Shown here: piece by piece, positions 57,700 to 64,000 of the stretch
Layout: every line of letters starts with the position of its first letter
Position numbering within the stretch: position 1 is the stretch's first letter
NCBI GenBank assembly: GCA_049684675.1
Contig: JBAVGF010000028.1
Location: 341-64,340, forward strand
Source of the DNA: Thermodesulfobacteriota bacterium
GTDB taxonomy: Bacteria; Desulfobacterota; BSN033; UBA1163
Direction of reading: 5' to 3'
DNA: 64,000 bases
Notes under the pieces: model-generated
Databases searched by the model: none
What the model was told of the DNA's origin: nothing
What the model saw: only the letters and a program-made list of their open reading frames with translations
Position numbers and translations under genes: made by a program

Positions 57700-58533
57700 A
57701 TGAATAAAAAATCCCTCGCCGGAAAGAAAATTCTGATCACCCGAACCCGTGAGCAGTCGGGTGATTTTGCGACCCGGCTTAAAAAACTGGGAGCGGAAGT
57801 GATCGAATTCCCCACCATTGAGATCGTTCCTCCCATCCGCTGGAGCGAACTTGACCAAGCCATCGATCAGTTGAAGCTTTATGACTGGGTACTTTTTACC
57901 AGTGCTAACGGGGTCAACTTCTTCTGGCAAAGGCTCAGAGAGAGGGGGAACTCTCCTTATCTTCCCCTGTCTCTTAAAGTATGTGCCATCGGACCTGCCA
58001 CAGCCGATCAACTAAAAAGAAAAGAAATTTCCGTTCACTATGTTCCAAAAGAGTTTATCGCGGAGTCCATCCTTGAGGGATTTAAAAAGATGAGGATGGA
58101 AGGAAAAAGAATTCTTCTCGCCCGTGCCAAAAAGGCGCGGGATGTTCTACCCAAAGGCTTAAGAAAAATGGGGGCAGAGGTTGATGTGGTGGAGGTTTAT
58201 CGGACGGTCAGGCCAAAGGGAGGATCGAAGAAGATGAAGAAACTCCTGACAGAGGAAAAAATCGATGCTATTACCTTCACCTCCTCCTCCACAGTCAATC
58301 ATTTTGCCGAACTCCTTAAAAAAGAAGACCTTAAGAAACTGCTGAAAGGCATCGCCATTGCTTGCATCGGGCCGGTGACTGCCAGGACGGCAAAGGAATG
58401 GGGTTTGAAAGTCCGGATTCAGCCAAAACCGTACACCATTCCTGCTCTAACCCGAGCGATCGCTGAATATTTTGCCTTTCACTTTTCCCCTCTCCCCCGA
58501 GGGGAGAGGGCGGGGGTGAGGGGGAGGAAATGA
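57700..58533 (+). CDS. hemD: Uroporphyrinogen-III synthase
   Basis: The HEM4 pattern (KKILITRTREQS...DWVLFTSANGV...ITFTSSSTV) is typical of HemD. Start at MNKKSLAG, 5 nt after the hemC stop. The track ORF start at 57568 lies inside hemC. The last ~16 aa (FSPLPRGERAGVRGRK) are encoded by the palindromic element. Confidence 0.85.
   Translation: MNKKSLAGKKILITRTREQSGDFATRLKKLGAEVIEFPTIEIVPPIRWSELDQAIDQLKLYDWVLFTSANGVNFFWQRLRERGNSPYLPLSLKVCAIGPATADQLKRKEISVHYVPKEFIAESILEGFKKMRMEGKRILLARAKKARDVLPKGLRKMGAEVDVVEVYRTVRPKGGSKKMKKLLTEEKIDAITFTSSSTVNHFAELLKKEDLKKLLKGIAIACIGPVTARTAKEWGLKVRIQPKPYTIPALTRAIAEYFAFHFSPLPRGERAGVRGRK
58487..58527. repeat. Palindromic intercistronic element, copy b (CCCCTCTCCC-CCGA-GGGGAGAGGG-CGG-GGGTGAGGGGG)
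   Basis: Reverse complement of the element at 2781-2830. It lies inside the 3' end of hemD and ends 2 nt before the ATG (58530) of the HAD gene. Confidence 0.8.
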
Positions 58534-59156
58534 TCCAACCTCCGATTGAAGTGATCCTCTACGATTTAGGCAATGTCATTCTTCCTTTCAATCATTTCCA
58601 GATTGCAGAGAAACTCTCTCGATTCTCTCAAAGAAAAGAGTTTCAAGATCCCCCAAAAATGTTTTCCTATCTCTTCGATTTTGATAAGGGCGCGGTCAAC
58701 GGTTATGAAGCGGGTAAGGTGTCTTCTTTGGAATTCTTCCAATCCTTACAGGAATTTCTTCAGCTCTCCCTCTCCTTCGAGGATTTCATTCCTATCTGGA
58801 ATGAAATCTTTATCGAAGATCAGGAGGTCTCTCAGATCATTCTCTCCCAGAAAGGAAGATGGAAGCTCGGACTTCTTTCCAACACCAATCCCCTCCACTT
58901 CGACTACGTCCTTGCAAAATTTTCCATCATCCGGGTTTTTGATCGATGGATTCTATCCCATGAGATGGGTTTTAAAAAACCAGCTGTCGAGATATTTCAA
59001 AAGGCCGTCCAGTGGGCCTCGGTCGAGCCCCGAAAGATTCTTTTTATCGATGATATGAAAAAGCATGTCGAAGTGGCGGCTTCTTTGGGGATCCAGGGGA
59101 TCCATTTCGTCTCCGCTGCCCAGTTGAGAGAAGAGCTTTCATTAAAGCTGGCGTAG
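58530..59156 (+). CDS. HAD-superfamily hydrolase
   Basis: Motif I is degenerate (ILYDLGNVIL, Leu where DxD has its second Asp). LLSNTN (motif II) and FIDDMKKHV (motif IV region) are present. The ATG overlaps the hemD TGA as ATGA. Confidence 0.78.
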   Translation: MIQPPIEVILYDLGNVILPFNHFQIAEKLSRFSQRKEFQDPPKMFSYLFDFDKGAVNGYEAGKVSSLEFFQSLQEFLQLSLSFEDFIPIWNEIFIEDQEVSQIILSQKGRWKLGLLSNTNPLHFDYVLAKFSIIRVFDRWILSHEMGFKKPAVEIFQKAVQWASVEPRKILFIDDMKKHVEVAASLGIQGIHFVSAAQLREELSLKLA

Positions 59157-59248
59157 GGTCAACCATGGGGATGGACCCCTTAGTTATTTATGTCCCCTGA
59201 TAGAAATACGAGTCTATTTGTATTATTCTTAGTTCAAGGAGCGCGCAG

Positions 59249-60265
59249 ATGGAAAAAGTCAGGCTGGGCAGGACAAATCTGATCGTGTCGAAACTGGGAT
59301 GGGGTGGTATTCCTATCCAACGGGTCGGTGAACGGGAAGCGGTGTCCGTCATACGGGCAGTGATTGAAATGGGAGTCGACCTCTTGGATACAGCGCGTGC
59401 TTATACCAACAGCGAGCACCGGATTGGCCTGGCCCTCGAAAAAACAGATAGACCCGTCATTCTTTCCTCAAAATCTCTCGTAAAAACGGCGAAGATTTAT
59501 AATGACGTACAGGAGAGCCTCAAGCAGTTGAGGGTGAGAAAAGTCAATATCTACCATCTGCACAGCGTCTCCAGCTTCGGAGAGTACGAGAGGGTCATGG
59601 CCCCCGGAGGAGCCTACGAAGGGCTAAAACGTGCGAGAGACGAAGGATTGATCGATCATATCGGTGTGACCAGCCATAATCTCAACGTATTGGAAAGGGC
59701 AGTCCAGGACGGGCATTTCGAAGTCATCATGGGTTGCTATAGCTTCTTAGAACCCGATGCAGCCGGGAAAGTGTTCCCCTTAGCTAGGGAAAAAGGCGTC
59801 GGTATATTGGCGATGAAGCCATTTTCGGGCGGGGTGATCGAAGAGGCCGGCCCGGCCTTGAGGTTCGTCCTCTCAACGGCGAACATCGTGCCCATCCCGG
59901 GATCAGAGACTCTGGAAAAGGCTCGTGAGAATTGGAAGATCTTTACGGAAGGCCATTCCCTGACTGAGAAGGATAAAGAGCGAATCGAAGCCTTAAAGAA
60001 GGAATTCGACCGTCAATTCTGTAGGCGCTGCGACTACTGTCAACCCTGCACGGAAAAGATTAATATTCAATTTGCAGTCGGGTTGAAGTCCATCATCAAG
60101 CGATTCGGCCCTCAGGCTCGGGAAGTGAGCTGGATGAAGGATTTAATAGAGAAGGCCCGAAACTGCTCGGAATGTGGGGAATGCCTGCTGCGCTGTCCCT
60201 ACCAATTACCCATCCCCGACATGATTAAAGAGAATCTGGCTTGGTTTGACAGCCTTAATGTATGA
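59249..60265 (+). CDS. Aldo/keto reductase with a C-terminal Fe-S (Cys-rich) extension
   Basis: AKR N-terminus (LGWGGIPIQR..., DTARAYTNSE) plus CRRCDYCQPC and CSECGECLLRCP clusters. Confidence 0.82.
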   Translation: MEKVRLGRTNLIVSKLGWGGIPIQRVGEREAVSVIRAVIEMGVDLLDTARAYTNSEHRIGLALEKTDRPVILSSKSLVKTAKIYNDVQESLKQLRVRKVNIYHLHSVSSFGEYERVMAPGGAYEGLKRARDEGLIDHIGVTSHNLNVLERAVQDGHFEVIMGCYSFLEPDAAGKVFPLAREKGVGILAMKPFSGGVIEEAGPALRFVLSTANIVPIPGSETLEKARENWKIFTEGHSLTEKDKERIEALKKEFDRQFCRRCDYCQPCTEKINIQFAVGLKSIIKRFGPQAREVSWMKDLIEKARNCSECGECLLRCPYQLPIPDMIKENLAWFDSLNV

Positions 60266-60821
60266 TCCCAAGGCCGTCATGTCCGTAGTCCTCACCGGGA
60301 TAAAAAAGATCGATCATGACATAACCCAACCTCGGGAGATCCACCTGATCGAAAGGAGCAGGCAGTTGATACGCATATTGTTCCGGCGTTATCTCGAAAG
60401 TAAAGGGAAATACAACTTCGTTACTTTCATTCCCGGCCTTGTCGAATACAGAAACCCTCAGGGTAATTTGTGTCCACTCGGGCAAATAGGATGCTTTCGT
60501 ACTGAAGGTATTCCATTGAATGTAGCCCTTAAAATGCTTTTGGTATTGTGGTTTAAGATAGATCCAATCGGTCGGGTAATGACCATAACCCACCTGATCC
60601 GCCACACACGCAATCCTCAGCATCTGCCCGTCCGGATCTTCCGCCTCAAGATAAATTTTCCAGATGTACCCGTAATAGCCCCTTTCTACAGCAAACGCAT
60701 GGGTAATGATAGGCCCCCTTGCCCCAGGTTCTGGTTCTGCTCCTGTCAAACTCGGATAGGCATTAAATAGGACTACCGCTAAGATCAGCCTGAAAAGCCA
60801 GAAAATTCTTCTTGTTCTCAT
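60255..60821 (-). CDS. Hypothetical secreted protein (188 aa, aromatic-rich beta-type)
   Basis: Signal-like N-terminus MRTRRIFWLFRLILAVVLFNAYPSLTGA. 18 nt downstream of the TetR gene on the same strand. Convergent 11-nt overlap with the AKR gene end. Confidence 0.55.
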   Translation of the reverse strand: MRTRRIFWLFRLILAVVLFNAYPSLTGAEPEPGARGPIITHAFAVERGYYGYIWKIYLEAEDPDGQMLRIACVADQVGYGHYPTDWIYLKPQYQKHFKGYIQWNTFSTKASYLPEWTQITLRVSVFDKAGNESNEVVFPFTFEITPEQYAYQLPAPFDQVDLPRLGYVMIDLFYPGEDYGHDGLGIIH

Positions 60822-60839
60822 CTTTCACACCTTCTTTCT

Positions 60840-61550
60840 CTAATTGCTACTTTGACTCTCCTTTTCTTTTTTCGTTCCATCCTCATTGTGTTTCGAGTAA
60901 TGTTCCAAACCCCTCAATGAAAACTTCATGACGTGATCGGCGATCTCTTCGATCTCGTCAGGTTTGGATACGTCTTGGTGATACAGTCGTGTAATAATGG
61001 ACCTTGCGTTGTAGTAATAAAGGCACTGGCCGATGATACTCGCACAGCACAGACGGATTTCCTCCTCGCTGATAGGGGGTCCAATCATTTTTTGGACGAT
61101 GGAGGCAAGAATCTTGTCCCGTGGACGAACGATTTCTTTCACCAGGCGCTCAAAGGCCCGGGTTGGTTCTGTCATTTCCCTCATCATCAATTTTCCAAAC
61201 CATGCAGGTTTTCCTTTGTCGAGGAGGCGAAACAGAAGGGACCGGATAAAAGCTCGCAACTGCTCTTCTGCGGGTGCATCTTCACCCACCTCGAGAAGGA
61301 GGGGGTATTTTTGTATCGCGAAATCATGCCAGTGCCTCAAAACCTCGGAGTAAAGCTTCTCCTTTCCACCGAAGTAATAGTTGATAGCCGCAACGTTCAC
61401 CTTGGCACGCTCGCAGATCTTCCTGACTGTAGCACCTCGAAACCCGCATTCGGCGAAAATTTCTCCCGCCGCCTCTAAAATTCGCTCTCGGCAATCAGCA
61501 TTTGAACCGGCACCATGGTCCATTTTGACCTCCTTCTTCAGCATCTCCAA
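60840..61550 (-). CDS. TetR/AcrR family transcriptional regulator
   Basis: HTH region RERILEAAGEIFAECGFRGATVRKICERAKVNVAAINYYFGGKEKLY. The start could also be MDHGAG (61523). Confidence 0.85.
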   Translation of the reverse strand: MEMLKKEVKMDHGAGSNADCRERILEAAGEIFAECGFRGATVRKICERAKVNVAAINYYFGGKEKLYSEVLRHWHDFAIQKYPLLLEVGEDAPAEEQLRAFIRSLLFRLLDKGKPAWFGKLMMREMTEPTRAFERLVKEIVRPRDKILASIVQKMIGPPISEEEIRLCCASIIGQCLYYYNARSIITRLYHQDVSKPDEIEEIADHVMKFSLRGLEHYSKHNEDGTKKEKESQSSN

Positions 61551-61693
61551 TTCCAGTTTAAAACAGTTGTTTCAATTTGTAAAGTACTCGAAGAACCGGA
61601 CCTTCTCAATTTGGTTTTGAAGAGGACGGTTTTAAGTAGATACGAAGGCCCTTTGGGCGGAGAGGAATTCACCGATTTTAAATTTTCCGCATC

Positions 61694-61722
61694 TTGATAA
61701 ATGTAAACATTTGTTTTAAACT
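61694..61722 (+). promoter_or_regulatory. Putative promoter TTGATA-17-TAAACT with an embedded 14-bp palindrome AAATGTAAACATTT (candidate TetR operator)
   Basis: TTGATA at 61694-61699, TAAACT at 61717-61722, and a perfect 6+2+6 inverted repeat at 61699-61712. It lies 47 nt upstream of ATG 61769 in the TetR-divergent spacer. Confidence 0.45.
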
Positions 61723-61768
61723 TACGTAAGAGATGAATGGATTTTAAGTTAGAAGGGAGGGATTTCAA

Positions 61769-62929
61769 ATGAATAAACTATTGATTATTGTGATGGCACT
61801 TGGTCTGGCTCTGATGCCTTTTACGGTTTACCCACAATCAGACCAGAAGCCGACAGGTACTCCTCCGATATCACAGACACTCGTTCCCGAAGGTGATTTT
61901 GCCCTGAAACTGGCGACCGCACTTAAGGTTGGAACGCCTACTGACGAGGCACAAGCTGAGGACATGTTGACCTCGGCAGGTATCGCACCGAAGAACGGGT
62001 GGATCGCCGACTACCCAATAACACCTAATATTATTGGAGAGTTGCAAAACTCAGTGGCGACTGCGGCAGATTCTAAAAAGCTGTCGATGGGAAAAGATGA
62101 AGCTTTGAAGGCCTTTCAGGGCCTGACAACCGAGCTCGGCTTAGCGGTCTCGCCTGGTGGGGCAGGAGAATATGCTGAAAACCAACCCCAACCTGATGCT
62201 TCAGCAATAAACAATTATTACTATGAAGAAGGCCCTCCGGTTGTCTCATACTATCCTCCACCCTGGGACTATGACTACCTGTATGACTGGGTTCCTTATC
62301 CGTTCTGGGCCTCCGGGTTCTTCTTCCCAGGATTCTTCGTCCTGACCGATTTCGACTTTGTCTTTGTGGGTCATCATCACCATCATCACCGGATCACCAA
62401 TCACTTCTTCAATTCCAGGACCCATGCGTTCGGCAGGGTGGACCCGGTGAGGCACTCGTGGACAAATTCTTCACATACGACAGCATTCAACTCTACGGCA
62501 ACCAGAAACGCTGCCTCTTCAATCTTCAACCGCAGCATGGGGAGAACAACGTTCGCACGAGGAACTCAAGGGATGACGGGCAATCACGCTTCTACCCTTA
62601 GCGGAGCACAGGGAAGGCGGGGGGTTGCCACGAACAACCGTGGCAATACCACAGGCGGTAGGACATTCAGCAATTCGAGCAGGTTTGCGACGGGCAGCGG
62701 AATGGATCATCGTTCATCCCAGAGTTTTAGCAGGTCTTCCAGCGCCCCTTCCAGCCGGGGTAGTTTTTCTTGCGCAAACTGCCATGGGGGTAGCAATTCA
62801 TTCGGCCATAGCAGCGGCCATTCGTTTGGTGGCTTCTCGGGTAGCCATGCGTCCGGAGGTTTCTCCGGTGGTCATTCATCTGGGGGTTTCTCGGGTGGTG
62901 GTCACGGAGGCGGCGGAGGCCGCAGATAA
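61769..62929 (+). CDS. Secreted protein: shared N-terminal domain, aromatic/Pro segment, HHHHHH run, Gly/Ser/His-rich tail
   Basis: Signal peptide MNKLLIIVMALGLALMPFTVYP, with GAAGGGAGGG SD upstream. Residues ~35-130 are ~65% identical to ORF 896. GHHHHHHRITNH. The tail has GHSFGGFSGSHASGGFSGGHSSGGFSGGGHGGGGGRR. A strong terminator follows. Confidence 0.65.
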   Translation: MNKLLIIVMALGLALMPFTVYPQSDQKPTGTPPISQTLVPEGDFALKLATALKVGTPTDEAQAEDMLTSAGIAPKNGWIADYPITPNIIGELQNSVATAADSKKLSMGKDEALKAFQGLTTELGLAVSPGGAGEYAENQPQPDASAINNYYYEEGPPVVSYYPPPWDYDYLYDWVPYPFWASGFFFPGFFVLTDFDFVFVGHHHHHHRITNHFFNSRTHAFGRVDPVRHSWTNSSHTTAFNSTATRNAASSIFNRSMGRTTFARGTQGMTGNHASTLSGAQGRRGVATNNRGNTTGGRTFSNSSRFATGSGMDHRSSQSFSRSSSAPSSRGSFSCANCHGGSNSFGHSSGHSFGGFSGSHASGGFSGGHSSGGFSGGGHGGGGGRR

Positions 62930-62952
62930 GAGTCAGAATAAACTACCTTAAG

Positions 62953-62979
62953 AAGAGGATCATCCGATCCTCTTTTTTT
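62953..62979 (+). terminator. Rho-independent terminator
   Basis: AAGAGGATC-ATCC-GATCCTCTT perfect 9-bp stem. The T-run 62973-62979 begins within the 3' arm. It lies 24 nt after the stop of ORF 61769-62929. Confidence 0.85.
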
Positions 62980-63395
62980 GTCTCGAGGGATGCCGAAATT
63001 GAAAATGGTTATCTTCTAATTTGTGGATGTTATTTTTCACGTGAAGGCCCGATTTTCTCCTTCGTCACCTCCGCGATCTCGGTGGCGATCTTCCCGCTTG
63101 TCCTGAATTGTTTTTTTCGAGTGCCCCTAAAGGTCTTCCCGGCAGTTGACTCGATGTCCCAGATCGACCAAATACAGCCACTTTCCCCCCGAAATACGGT
63201 ATTCACCCTATTTGCACGGCCAAAAAACGATGAAACAATAAGGGAAATAGTCCATTATGATTCGACGCCCTCTTCATCCCAAGGGATCATTCACAGAACA
63301 GACCGAGAGTTGATCAAGATGCGGCACGATCTGCGCGGACTGTCGTCTCTGGTCGGATCACTTTCGAACAACCCAAGCCTACGGAGGGGAGACCT

Positions 63396-64000
63396 ATGGC
63401 TGATATTACAAACACAAGTCTTCTATTAAGCCGTTTTGACCTACGTGGACTGTCGTTAAAAAATCGAGTGGTAATGTCACCCCTAACCCGATCCCGGGCA
63501 GGCAAGGAGCGTATGCCCAATTCCTTGATGGCCGAGTATTATGCTCAACGGGCTTCCGCCGGGCTCATCATCACAGAGGCAACGGTGATTTCGATACAGG
63601 GCATCGGCTGGCTGAACTCCCCCGGAATCTACTCGGATGAACAAGCCGAAGCCTGGAGAATGGTGGTGGATGCGGTTCATGCCGCCGGGGTACCGATCTT
63701 TCTCCAGCTTTGGCACTGCGGGCGGGCCTCTCACAGCAGCTTTCATGAAAAGGAGGGGCTTCCCGTCGCTCCATCGGCAATCAAAATCATCGGTGATGAG
63801 ATCCGCACTCCCATCGGGAAACAGCCGTATGAAACGCCCAGGGCATTGGAAACGGAGGAAGTTTCAGCCATCGTGCAAGACTATCGACGTGCTGCCGAGC
63901 GGGCCAAATCAGCGGGATTCGACGGTGTAGAAATACATGCAGCCAACGGCTATCTCATTGACCAGTTCCTGCAATCCAAGACCAATCATCGAACCGATCG
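63396..64000 (+). CDS. Old Yellow Enzyme family NADH:flavin oxidoreductase / alkene reductase (5' part, truncated by the window end)
   Basis: MADITNTSLLLSRFDLRGLSLKNRVVMSPLTRSRA..., ITEAT, LQLWHCGRASH and FDGVEIHAANGYLIDQFL are typical OYE/NemA motifs. GGAGGGG SD upstream. No stop before position 64000. Not in the ORF track. Confidence 0.85.
   Translation, partial: MADITNTSLLLSRFDLRGLSLKNRVVMSPLTRSRAGKERMPNSLMAEYYAQRASAGLIITEATVISIQGIGWLNSPGIYSDEQAEAWRMVVDAVHAAGVPIFLQLWHCGRASHSSFHEKEGLPVAPSAIKIIGDEIRTPIGKQPYETPRALETEEVSAIVQDYRRAAERAKSAGFDGVEIHAANGYLIDQFLQSKTNHRTD

Noticed and set aside
63082-63429. ORF 63082-63429(+) of 115 aa, and a minus-strand reading frame (…TAGKTFRGTRKKQFRTSGKIATEIAEVTKEKIG) in the spacer before the OYE gene
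   Set aside because: The plus ORF starts at a non-ATG codon (GTG), has no SD and runs into the OYE start out of frame. The minus-strand frame has no start codon and no recognisable family. The region is left unannotated.

Overview
This is a 64-kb chromosomal segment of about 50% GC by eye, with lower-GC patches at 1-900 and 16600-17500. It has no rRNA, no CRISPR array, and no transposase, integrase or phage genes. The gene content indicates a diderm bacterium (lgt, mltA, mreBCD-mrdA-rodA, lipoproteins), but the taxon cannot be assigned from this window. Coding content is almost entirely housekeeping. It includes a TCA block (aconitase; citrate synthase-sdhA-sdhB with an ATGA stop/start overlap; divergent fumC), lgt, a Ycf46-like AAA+ ATPase and DUF1015. 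It also includes a divergent tRNA-Leu(CAA)/tRNA-Ala(GGC) pair, thiE-thiL-thiM, mltA, an amidase and an AddA/AddB-type helicase-nuclease pair. Further genes are rodZ-era-lon, ssb, mreB-mreC-mreD-mrdA-rodA, ccsA-like-hemA-hemC-hemD, two B12-binding radical SAM proteins, three PilZ proteins and an Old-Yellow-Enzyme gene cut by the window end. I did not find a convincing multi-gene candidate for a new defence, secretion or mobile system. The unusual material is in the non-coding and small-ORF layer. (1) Four copies of a long imperfect-hairpin element share internal motifs and pair-preserving differences; this is a candidate structured RNA or a decayed MITE, and two copies bracket aconitase. (2) Two paralogous 32/39-aa hydrophobic peptide genes are missed or mis-framed by the ORF track; their substitution pattern supports coding on the minus strand, and they weakly resemble Flp-type pilins. 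(3) Tandem heptanucleotide arrays (GCRGATT in mRNA sense) sit directly after four stop codons. (4) An intercistronic palindromic element occurs in the same orientation at two operon junctions and forms the hemD C-terminus and the next gene's start. (5) Two secreted proteins at opposite ends of the window share a roughly 100-aa domain, and one of them carries a natural His6 run, a Gly/Ser/His tail and a TetR-type operator/promoter. All function calls come from motif recognition by eye. No database search was run.
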